DNA from: Haliotis rubra
Lineage: Eukaryota
Direction of reading: 5' to 3'
NCBI RefSeq assembly: GCF_003918875.1
Contig: NW_025767035.1
Coordinates: 1,488,001-1,552,000 of the forward strand
Length of the DNA: 64,000 nucleotides
Shown: piece by piece, positions 37,832 through 50,400 of the stretch
Numbering within the stretch: the stretch's first letter is position 1
How the letters are laid out: each line of letters opens with the position of its first letter
Position numbers and translations under genes: made by a program
The notes under the pieces: model-generated
Told to the model about the DNA's origin: nothing
The model's input: only the letters and a program-made list of their open reading frames with translations
Database searches by the model: none

Positions 37832-38644
37832 ATTGTTATCTGCAACAACAAACGTTGGGATAGTTTATGACCTTTCGTTTCATCTGACACAACGCCTTAG
37901 ACCATGTGTCACCTGTCAGTCACAACGGTACAGGTGTCTCCGACTGTGAGGTAAGTGTGGCTTAGCGTGCTAGGGGAACGTTTGTCAGTAACACCCTCAG
38001 GTAAATATGTACTTGCACTTACTCTTGCATTCTTTGAGCTTATAATAAAAAATTCTTCTGTACGAAAATCGGTCAGATATATTATTTTAGAAATATAGAT
38101 GAGATTGAAGAATTTACTAGTTTGTGACTTTGAATAAGTTAGTTGAATCTAACTAAAATATAGTTAAAGGTATAATTGTATAAGGCGACCTGTGTGTCTT
38201 TATGTGTTTATCATCTTCAAGAAGGAAACCGGACGGGCCGGCGAACCAAAGACAATATATCACGTTTTCACAAGTCTTGTTACTTGTTTTATGATAATGC
38301 TAATAATGTTTAAATTTATGTTCCCTCGGAATTTTATTTGAAATAAATATAGTTCAATGATGATCAAGCTGAGCTAGCGAGGGGGTATGAGAGTGCAAGA
38401 GTAAGGGTATTGTTTCATCATATCGGGGCATTAATATTCGCAGTACCGAGAACAATTGAGATAGAAAACCATATTTTAATTCACATCGGAATGAAATTCA
38501 GGGTGGGCAGGAGGCGGGTTACTCAAAACAAATATGGACAACGTAAACCGCAAAACTGAAATGAGATTTATCATAACGTACAGATGGGTCTAATTCATTA
38601 TACATGTGTACTTAAATAATTGAAATATTATATTTAAATCATAC

Positions 38645-38880
38645 CTGGTCGTTGTAATATGTCGACACCGTGCGAGATTCGGCAGAAAGGTCTTGTTATG
38701 AGAATCAAGTCGCTGTCAGCGTCTTTATATACACCAGATAGGTAATAACTTGGGAAACTATACACAGAGTGTCACGACAAGTAAACGTTTTCTGAATTCT
38801 GATTGGTTGAAGAGATGTGACGTCAGCTGTCCATGTCTGACATGTCATTCTTCAAGTGAGTTGTCTCCTGCATGCGTCAG
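38645..38880 (-). promoter_or_regulatory. K5 non-coding exon 1 (~38700-38645) and promoter
   Basis: Minus-strand TATATAAA at 38731-38724, cag|GTATGA donor at 38644, CCAAT near 38802-38806, palindromic CRE TGACGTCA at 38818-38825. Confidence 0.7.
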
Positions 38881-39254
38881 TTGCAACGTAAACACCATAC
38901 CATCAGGCTGTTGTTATTCACTTGAATGAAAGTTGGCATCAATCATTTTCGCATCCACCAGCACAACGTGACACCGACACACTTCCGCATCCGAAGTCGC
39001 TTAATTATGTCAACACTCGTCAGCCCCTGTCTCCTGTATACAGCGCTGCACATCGTCATAGGTAGTCTTAGGTCTCCTTATGACGCGACGTTTCTTTAGA
39101 AGACCGCATAGGCGGATCCAGAGGGGGGTGGGGGGGTGCGCACCCCCCTTATGTGCTGAAAGTCTGTTAAATGACCATTGAAACGCCCCTGAGACCTATA
39201 TAAACCGAGAAACAGCTCATAGACCTATATAGCTCTATTTAGATCCTTATGATG

Positions 39255-39975
39255 TAAGGCTGGGACGGGTACTCGAATCCGGGTCGGGTACCTATTTCTA
39301 GGAATCGGGTACCCGGAAAGGGAAAGAGTTCTGTAATGACAAGGGCAGAGAATAGTTTGTCTTTTTCATTTTTGACGTAACACACATTTACATCATTGAG
39401 TGACTGAGTGAGTTTAGTTTTACGTGGCACTCAATATAAATAATCGAGTCTGGACCAGACAACCCAGTGATCAACAGCATGAGCATCGATGTGCGCAATT
39501 GGGAACCGATGACGTGTCAACCAAGTCAGCGAGCATGACCACCCGATCCCGTTAGTCGCCTCTTACGACAAGCATGGGTTAATATTCTAACCCGGACCTT
39601 CACGGGTTTTTTACATCATTGGTATTGTCCAATTAATGGAGCATAGTTTTAATGACTAATTTATCTGTACATGAGTTGTGAGTAGTTAAGTTACAGTAGC
39701 AGCAGGAACAAAACGTTCGTTGTTATAACGAGGAATGTAAGTAATGGTGTTACCCTCTATATTGGTTAAACAGGCGTAAATTAAATAGCTTGAAGTCAGT
39801 TTTAATGTCTTATTACCACCTTTTCAAGTTTTCTATAATAATCTCTGTAAAATCGTGATTGAATATCCAGAAAGTTGACCCGAATGTATTCCTTACAATT
39901 CCGGGTACACGATTCCGATTCGGGTAAGTACATACGGGTACTCAATTCCATGTTTTCCTACTCGCCCAAGCCCTA
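39255..39975. mobile_element. hAT-type element of the 10632 family with a nested family-2 SINE (~39400-39607, minus)
   Basis: Colinear with 10632-11139 except for the SINE insert. Confidence 0.88.
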
Positions 39976-40575
39976 TAATATGCTGTTATCAAGCAAGAGG
40001 GTCTTGTTGAAAGGGATAGATTGTTTTAACCGTCGGGTTTTATTTGCAAGAAAATATCTAATTTGGACTCTTAAAAGGCGGCGTATAAATTTTTTATTCG
40101 CTCATTTATCCTTTAGCTGATTGTTAGTTATAGTGCCAACTGTTCGTAACTCTTTGACTGTTATTTAGAAGTCATGCCCATAATGGGGGACGTTTATGGA
40201 TGTCAACTTCTGAAACATGAGGAACACGACGTTTTGGAGTAGAGTAGCTACATCAGGTCGATGAAAGCTGGGAATCAGGTAGCTATAATTGCTCCGGTTT
40301 CTAAACAGTGTGGATATACGCGTTATCCTCACTATATCTGCTGAAACCAACATTATGTAAACTTTCCTTCGTTTCTGAAATATGTTATTCAAGCAAAATG
40401 TATAGCATTTAAGTAGGGTTAAGTACATTTATTTAATCTAGCCAGAGACCTGGATGATAATAGGTCCTTAGGATTCGCTTGTCGATAGACAAACAGAACC
40501 GGTGGCCAGGTGGTCAGACTTGGTCAGTCACAATGCGTGTCATATACCTTGAACATATTTCAGCCCTATCATGGC

Positions 40576-40832
40576 ACCCGTGAAGATCCGGGTTAGAACT
40601 GATCGTCAGTAACCTATGCTTGTCGTAAGCCCACTAAGGGGCGACTAACGGGATCGGGTGGTCAGGCCCGCTGACTTGGTTGACACATGTCATCGTATCC
40701 CAATTGCGTAGATCGATGCTCATATTGCTGATCACTAGATTGTCTGGTCCAGACTCGATTGTTTACAGACCACCGCCATATAGCTGGAATATTGCTGAGT
40801 GCGGCGTAACACTAAACTCACTCACTCACTCA
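40576..40832 (+). mobile_element. SINE-like family 2, near full-length (~250 bp)
   Basis: acccgtgaagatccgggttagaa...ggcgactaacgggatcgggtggtcagg...tatagctggaatattgctgagtgcggcgtaa..(ctca)n; more than 15 full or partial copies in the window. Confidence 0.85.
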
Positions 40833-41440
40833 TTATGTCACTAGACAGACACTATCCTACAGACACAAGCCCAGCCCTGGTTGGTTAATGCGATTGGACA
40901 GTTCGCTATCACATAGGTTGAAAATATTTACAAGTCTCCATGCAAAATGCCTCCCACCACCCCATCCCCGAATCGATTCTTGTGGATTACCAATCAATAG
41001 CGAAAATTCTCAGTATATGCTAGGTGACAGCTTAATAGCATCAACATCAATGTGTGTATGTAATTTCCACCGGCCGGATCTGACAAAAAGAAACATCCTG
41101 TGCTTTCAAGGCAACAAATACTCGTATCTGGCATCAAAGAACTTGTTAGATACTTATAACGGTTCGCCATCGAATCATTGCAAGTTCCTCTTGGAAATCA
41201 GCTGTTGCACTCGTTAATGTAGCTGGATCTCGAATTTGTCGAAGACGTATACGGTGCAAGATAATTACTGTAGAATTGAAGGAAACTGGAAGACTTACTA
41301 CCGACGACACAAATGCACACGGCGCAGAAACATTTAGTTAAACTGAAATTGCCTGTACACAAGACAGCGCGCGCTGTAGACCTCTCTGGTTGATAAGCAT
41401 AAGGTTTATTCTACAGGTGAAACGTGGATAACTACAAGCG

Positions 41441-44400
41441 ATGTATATTTCGTGCTATATCCTAGTTATTCTCCTGGCACCAGTGTATATGATACACACA
41501 GACAATTACCTTCTTCTGGACTCGTGTCCTGGACAGATCATGAAGAGTCAGTTCATATTATTCGTAATTCGTGATGTAAGTAAGTTGGACTGCGGAAGAA
41601 GATGTTCTGAGGACGATTCCTGCAAGTCGTTTCAACACGGTTCCACTTTGAGGATTTGCCATCTCAACACAGATTCTGATCAAGGGGATTGCTCAAAGAT
41701 GGAACCCAGTACGGAAATGATGTACTACGTAAAGGTACGGGTGTACTTCCTGACTTATGCACTACACATATGTGTACTGTCAATGTTTATGTTGCCTTAC
41801 ATAGTTTTCCCGGTCAGAATAGCCCCCGGTATCGTTTATAGGGTCTGCATCAGACTCTTTGCGTCTGACGCTGTGTCCATTTTTCTGTATTGTACTGGAC
41901 TCCAAAGCTCCACAATATCCGTACAAAGGGATAAATATTATTGATGGTTCCGACAGATGGAAAGCCAAATCCCTGTCACAATCCACTGGAGACAGGAAAC
42001 TCTTAGATATTCAATATAAGAAGTTTTTCATAGAGTCATTTACACTAAACGAGAACTACTAAAAATGAAATTGATAGATAATGACCTATGTGCATTATGT
42101 TGTTCAGTAAGTGAGGATATTTACCATGTATACCTTGATTGTCCAACCATCAAAATGTTCTTGGCATATTTTAACAACTGTTGTAGTGGTAACCATTTAA
42201 TTAACCACATGATATTTCTGGCAAAGCGCCATATTTTCGGACAAAAGCCAATGAAAGGACGTTTATGATATTGAGAAATTTATTGATAAAAATGACGACA
42301 ATATGAAACACTTTTACAGAAAATGGAATGTTCTGGATGCAGTCCTGTAATTTAGATTTAGTCTTTCACATTTCCTGTATTACTATGTAGCATCTCAATT
42401 GCAGAATCTATATTTCCAATACGTGGAGTGTTGCGATACATTTTTCCAACTGTATATATTAAATGAAGTAATTTACAATATTTCTTAGTAGTTTATTCTA
42501 TGAAATTAGTTTTGCAATCAAATATATTTCTTAAGTTTTCAAGGGGCCGTAGGGTAGCCGAGTGGTTAAAGCATGCACTCGTGACGCTGAAGGCCCGGGT
42601 TCGATTCCCCACATGGTTACAATGTATGAAGCCCATTTCTGGTGTCTCCCGCCGTGATATTGCTGGAATATTGCTAAAAGCGTGTAAAACTGAATTCACT
42701 CACTGTAAACTTTAGATAAAGTAGGAAGACATTCTTGGTGTTAAGATGTTAAATAGTTGTTGTACAGTTCAGGGCTGTGTTTGGGAACATCAAGGGGTTG
42801 GTTCTACAGATATGTTTATTAAAGTTTTTAAGCAAGTATGACCATCACTTACAGCCCAAACTCGGCAAACAGCCAAACATGATACCTATACTACTGGCAT
42901 AAAGTAGTTGATGCCATGCCATTCTAAATGCAAAAATATAATAACATGATTTGTGGTGTTTTAAGTGTTGACAGAATGATATCGAAATCTGTATGATTTG
43001 ACACTAGGCGTCGTGACACGCCCTTGATGAGATGTGGTGTCAAAAGTCAGTTCACAAATTCAGTAATCGAGTGTGTCCACCAATGGCGTTGATGCAAGTT
43101 TGACAACGACGACGCATAGACGACACACATAAAGCGATTGAAGAAAGCTTTGGGGATGTTGTTTCATGTCTGAACCAACGTGTGTCCCAATTCAGCTAAC
43201 ACCAATGGCTGATCCTAGGCTTGACGTGAAGGTCGCTCCATTTCACCCCAAGCGTGATCCATGGGAGAGAGGTCCGGAGAAACAGCTGGCCAGGGGACTG
43301 TTGGGATGTTCTGCTGTCTCAGGAAATGTGTCACAGCACGGGCGACATGTGGACGGGCATTATCGTACTGAAGCGTAAAGTTACGTCTCTGTCCTTGAAT
43401 GGACGGCTTCACGCGAGGCCCAATAATCTCATCTGACCTGTAAGAATGCCACTGACAATCACAGGCCCTCGTGTCTTTGCGAGGATTAATGATTTAAAAA
43501 ATATTATTTTTGAGATGACCCCCGACTCGAAATGCTTCACAGTAATATGACGAGGCCGGACACTTCGGTGCACGCCGGCCGACTGCTTTGCCGATCGCTA
43601 CGCTACCATCGCATGCACTCGATTAAAACTTAATGTAAACATAATCATGGATGATTCGTTTATCGATATGATATGTTTAAAACTTTTCAATTAACTTGTA
43701 TTTTATGCAATTTTATGTCATGTACAGTTACTTTTTCCGTTAGTATATTATGAATTTAAAGTATTTTTAGAAACAGAAATTTATCGTGTAGATTCCTGGC
43801 CCAGACTCGATTGTTTACAGACCGCCTCCATGTACCTTGAATATTGCTAAGTGTCGCGTTGAACAACAAATAATTCAGTCAAGCCCATGGTAAAGTTTCC
43901 AAAATATTTTAAACATGACATTTGCGATACACATTTCCAAATATCCAAATCAATGACAAAAATTGTGTCTGGTGCAATTTCCGGTGAACTACGCCTTTGT
44001 TTGCGACAGGTTCTACGCTATATGTTTGCGCGAACACTTAATGTTATAAATGTTAAATAGTGAATCAAAATTACATCGAAAACAAACCTATATATTACCC
44101 GCATTATGCAAAAGTTGATTGCAAACCTTTGCAAACTTTAGAGTGAGTGATTTGGGTTTTACGCCGCTTTTAGCAATATTCCAGCAATATCACGACGGCA
44201 GACACCAGAAATGGGCTTCATACATTGTAACCATGTGGGGAATTGAACACGGGCCTTCGGCGTGAAGAGGAAACGCTTTAACCACTGAGCTACCCCACGG
44301 CCCCTTGAAAACTTTAGAAATATATTTGATTGCAAAACTAATTTCATAGAATAAACTACTAAAAATATTGTAAATTAACTTCATTTAATATATACAGTTG

Positions 44401-47400
44401 GAAAAACGTATTGCAACACCCCACCTGTTTTCATAGTATCAGTATGTTACCATTTACTATAGCAAAGAACATAACCAACCTCAGTTTGACTTACTATCTG
44501 GATAAATTGACCCTCAAGTAATAATTAAATGGCAAATATTAACACAAAAAGAATGAAAAACTGCAGTTTATTCAGAGAAGTATTCATGGCAACAAACTGA
44601 CTCATTTCGTAGAGCTGACAACTATGGTCGTATGACGGTAACAAATGCGATGATTTTCAAGATTTTGAGGTATATAATCTGACCAATAGGCTGATAGTCG
44701 ATGGATGACAACCATCATCTCTTCGAACAGTGAGATGCCAAAATTCCGCATACCAAAGACTTGCAATCTTTGAGCAGTTGTCACCCGAGGAGACCCCACA
44801 AGCAAAGAAATCAATTGATTATCGAGCAGTGAAAACAGTTTACTGAAACTTAATACCTGCTTAATAACGAGTACATGTATTGCACGTGATGCTCGCCTTT
44901 GATCGCCACACGTGCACATCTATAATCAATGTATGGTACGTGCGAAGGGACAAAATAATCATACAAACAAACATATGTATGATATGAACATAAATGGCGA
45001 AATGCGAACTACTAAATATAGGTGTTGCGATACGTTTTTCATTTTTTCATGCATACATTTAGAAAATGATGCATTCAATCGTAAGGAGCTAAATGTATGA
45101 ACAAAACCTGAATTTCAATGGTTGGCGACGTTTCGATAAATGTCCAGAATCCCGCTGAAGTGGTTAAAAACTGGAAATATATCCCAGTGATCGCGTGGAT
45201 ATTTTGCCCATCTCAATGTTCAAGCTCCCTGCGGCGCAGGGGCTTCCCGTCGTGCACAGGCAAACTGTAGCGCAAATAAGGCTGCGCAACAGAGAGAAAA
45301 ATGAATGTATACATTATATATGGATGCCCATAATGCATAAACATAAAAGAACATCGTCTTGAACAGCAAACCGCATTCCACTTGTGATGGGTCAACATCT
45401 ATTGAATATTACTTTAATTACTTGTAGGTGTAATATCTTTTCATTGGTAAGCTCGGTCATTTGCTGTGTATTATCTATATTTTAGGCTCAAGAATGTGAA
45501 AATGGCGGTATTCTACAACCCGACTCTACCTGCCAGTGCGTCAATGGTTACGTGGGTACGAAGTGCGAACGTTTGATGACAGGTAAGTGTAACAGTCTTG
45601 CCACTATTCTTCTCTCTTTAACAGCGTATAAATTTAATCATTAATAACATTAAATAGACCATCATGTTGAAGTTACTTCAGAACATGAAAAGTTTACTTT
45701 ATCCCGGAATATGTTATTCATCCGCGTGTGTCGGTACGGCTTCCTGCGCTGAGTTGTGCTATGATCCGTTAGAAATACCCTACTTATGATCCATGGTCTA
45801 TAGGTACGATGCCATCGAAATATGGTAACGGACCTGTCTCCTCAAATATTTCTATGATTTCGAAAAATGTATCTAAAATACTGTTAAAGTTGCTGGAAAC
45901 CTGTGTTTGACAGCAGGAAGGAGAAACACTGACAAAGAATCAGTGAAATAACTAATTACAACTGGTGTTCGTAGCATGGTATACATCAGACCACCATTTA
46001 AAGAACTAAATTAAATCAACATGTGTTCACTTCTGTCATAAATAACTAAAATCAAGAAGCTTTCAAAGATTGTCTTGATTCTAAAAAGCTTTATACCACG
46101 CTCACAACAAACACTTTCCCCTTTTGAGCTTTTTTCATATCTTGATTGTCTGACTTGCCGTCATCACGTGTTGACCACGCGGCGTCAAGCCAGGGGTGAA
46201 ACTACCATTGTAACATGAAAAGCATTTGCTCACATCTCAAAAAGAGCAAAAGTTGTGTTTACTCGTAAAAAGGGCACAATAATATGTTAAAATAAAGCCA
46301 CTTTACCATCTATGCAGTATATTACTAATTTAAGCTCTCCACGGTCGAACATAATTTTTTTGGTTTAATTTGAAAATTGGAATATTTCGGCTTTAAAGGA
46401 TTTGGTAAATGCTTTATGATGTTTCAAGAGTGGTGTCCCTTTGTTGGCGCGGCGCACGTTGTAAATAGTTCTAAATACAGATCGTCAGAAAGGCTGGTTT
46501 AAATCATCGTGACATTCCATTGCAGATATATGACAAACCGATGAGTGCTCTGGAAGTAACTTAAGTCTTTTTAACATGATATTCTGAATTAATTATCCTA
46601 AAATGAGTAGTGCTGGTGCGATTGATCGAATGGTCGGTCAATCAAGTTATTTACTGTCACAGACGGGGTCTTAGTACTATACCAAAGACCCCGTTTGTGA
46701 TAGCTGTGTATAACTTGATGGCAGTTTTTAGAGTTACAAGCCCCTGTGTTCTTATCGATATTCATAAAATATGAAACATCAAATCAAACTTCAGAGAGCG
46801 TGTTTCTTATTTTTGTTTCGTTTGTACAGTTTTATGATAGTGTTGCGTTAATTGCCTAGATGAGTTTATTGGTGGGGTTTACGATTACAATAGATTTTTG
46901 ATCGATTGCTGAGCTCCTATTATCGAGCAATGACCAGCACTAAAATTAGCAGCAAAGCGAATTAAGTGGTGCATTATAGAACAATCGATTCTTTGGGCAA
47001 GGGAGAAAGTGTTAAAAACCAAAACCACCATGCCGAGCGATTCCAACATAACAGACTCACCCATAGAATCAGCTTCAGAGCCTACAATGGCAGATACTAT
47101 TAAAGTTTATGAAGGAAAGGAATCTTGTAAAGGAACCCACATAGGTATTTATAGACTGCTGTGCCATACATGTGCTACAGACTTCGGAAGATCACTCGAA
47201 AATTATTCGGAGCAATGCGGCAATATCATTTGATAGCAATTTTCAATTTCCACAAAGACATATTTTAGGCGTCTAACTGACTCTTACTCCAAAGGTATTC
47301 CGGGGACACCAATGGCTCAGACACCCTCCATCAAAAGATGGTGTAATATGTTATGCATGTGCTCACTTTTCACACGACTAGAAATCAAGCCCGTCTCATA

Positions 47401-50400
47401 CATTGGTATCGTGCATAAGGTTGGTTGGTTGGCGGGTTACCGCCGCCCATAGCAATGGTCCGGCTATATGTGGGCTGTCTGAAAATAATCACGTCTGGAC
47501 CAGACAATCCAGTGATCAACAGCATGGGCAGCGATCTACGCAATTAGGATGCGATGACATGGGTCAAGTGTTTCTCTTTGATAGCTGATGAAGCTTCTGG
47601 TGTCTTCAGTGTTCATTTCAAAGTTGAATTAAAAAATACAAATACAACATTTGCTGTATTTTAAGATCATCTTGCTTTGAGATATCAGTAATGAAGTAAT
47701 GAGATAAGGAAATAAGTATATATAACTCCATGTATACTTATTGTTATTTCATTCAGGCTAGCAGGTAGCCCTTCATAGTGAGTGTTTTACAAAGTAAGCA
47801 AACCGCGCTCTCACAAATATTGTCATTATAATGATAGGTCGTCTCGTTTTAAAAATGAAAAAAAATATATAACATGTGAAAAAACATACAATTAATAATT
47901 TCGTGTTAATGTTCAAACGTCAATTTTCATCACATGTTTCTTGAATGAAAGTCGAAAATGTGTCCGTGAAATACGAATATATTTAATTTAAAAATGATAA
48001 ATACATTTCCACTATTTGTTACAAATAAAATCTAACAGCATGTTCGGGCTCTTCACGCCTTTGGACAATTGGTTTTGCTTACTCTTGAAAATAACCTAGT
48101 TGCGCCCATGCAAGTAACGAACAAACCTGTTTATTTCATGCACATTGGCGGATGACGGGTGCTAAGGAAGGAACTTATTCAAAAGTATCAAGATTCCAAG
48201 ACGTTTTTAACTTGAACATTTTGCTACACTCATATATAACATCAGCCTACAACACATGACAAACAATCGCCTCGCCCTACTTAAAATGTACGGAACTGTT
48301 TCCCCCCTTGGCTCCAGGCCATAGTATGACCCCCATGCGTGCCTTAGAGACTCAACTCTGTTTAAGGTTCCATGAACTCTCAGTCACATAAACTGGGTAT
48401 ATCGACCAAGTGTTACTCCTTTGTGTACTGACGTTCTGTAAATCGGTTATTGAACTTAGTATTGGCTCAGATATAATAATTATATATTCTAAAGAAATGT
48501 TCGTATCTCTACATTGATGTTGTCAAGGTGGCCGATCAAACTCCGATAACGATGTATTTATCAGAGCATTGATATTGTATTGAAGGTATACTGTAGATGT
48601 ATATATGCACTACGTTCCCTCTACATACTTGAATAGGGCCTTTTATAACCTTCGTGTCGTATACTATAGGGTTTAAACATTTTGCAAACTGTACCACTGC
48701 CCGATATATTGAAGCATCTTTTAGCGCTGATTGGTCGAAGAAATCGCTGGAACCAGTCGTCACTTGATTCGAAGATATGCAATTGTTCCCCTCGGAATAG
48801 TTAGAGCCACTATGTGTGGTGATTAGAAAATTAAAGTAGACTTTTACAGAGCAACTTCTTTGGGTGGCATTTAGAAGAAAGTATGATGACTTGCTTGATA
48901 AAGGTGTCAGCATCTACAGCTAACCGTCGCATCCATTGCTATAAAGAACTTGTCTGTCCATAAAATATCGTTCCTGTTAACAGAGATACGCATGTGTATT
49001 CACGGGTGGCGGAGGAACATATTGTTTACAAACCCGTGGCGATGCTGTAGATTACGACTGACTGAGTTTAGTTTTACGCCGCTTTAGCAATATTCCAGCA
49101 ATATCACGGCGGGGACACGAAATGGGCTTAACACATTGTGCCCATGTATCCCTTTCGGCGTGACGACTGCCACTAGGCTACCCCACCGCCCCTGCGATGC
49201 TGTAGATAACGATATACACGTGTATAGGTATCCCTTTGGGTGGACTGCTGTTAGATTTGGGCGTTATACTATAAGGATGGTGAAACCATTCTTGTCAATC
49301 AAAACGAAATCATACATGAATTCATTTACATATTTAATGGAAATTATTGTAACCTAGAGAATGTATTATTCATGCAATCTCTACACACATTTGTAATGGG
49401 GGAAAAGTATAACATTCGTATTGTTTCGTTAACTGCCATTGCAAAGTACTGACTGAATTTGGTTTTACGCCGCTTTTAGCAATATTCTAGCAACATCACG
49501 GCGGGGGACACCAGAAATGGGCTTCACAATTTGTACCCATGTGGGGATTCGAACCCGGGTCTTCGGCGTGACGAGCCAACGCTTTAACCACTGGGCTACC
49601 CCACCGCCCCCATTGCAAAGTAACTAGTACTTAGTAGTTCGTACTGTTGCCTGAGCTTATGATGCCTCTTGGGGTGTGTGCTGTATGATTGTGCGCCAGG
49701 AACATTGAATTCATGGAGGCCAATGGGATTCCTCAACCAGTGTGAGTCATGCCAGTCATAGGGTAGCCTAGTGGTTAAAGCGTTCTCTCGTCATACCTAA
49801 TACCCGGGTTCGATTCCCCACATGTGCACAATGTGTGAGCCCATTTCTGGTGTCCCCCGCCGTGAATAACGCTAAAACGGCGTAAAACTAAACTCACTCA
49901 CTCATGCTAGTCACAAAGAAAAACAACCATTTGTAAAATACCATGAGTTTTCTACATACTTTTGAATCCTTAATCAACTGAAGGAAAGTTGAACGCTTTA
50001 GAAATAATCCCCATGCTAAGAAAATATACATTAATGTTATATTTTCAAAATACGAAATACAGAATGTGTCTTTAAAAAAACAGTCCGACATCCAGAAGAC
50101 ACAAAGGCCGAATTCTCGCGAAGTGTTTTCATACGTTAATGGGAATCGTTCCTTAAAGGGACATTCGCAATGACTAACCCTGAACTGATTTTCAGGAACC
50201 TATGCTTGCAAGAGGTGACTAACAGGATCGGATGGTCAGACTCTCGGACTTGGTTGATATGCTTGTCATCATATCCACTGACTGACTGACTGACTGAGTT
50301 TAGTTTTACGCCGCTTTTAGCAATATTCCAGCAATATCACGGCGGGGGACACCAGAAATGGGCTTAACACATTGTGCCCATGTGGGGAATCGAACCCGGG

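Noticed and set aside
46657-46700. Hairpin resembling an intrinsic terminator
   Set aside because: Eukaryotic intron context; more likely a transposon-derived inverted repeat.
47230-47380. Possible hAT TTF-type zinc-finger remnant (WLRHPPSKDGVICYACAHF)
   Set aside because: Too short and degraded, and no termini were found.
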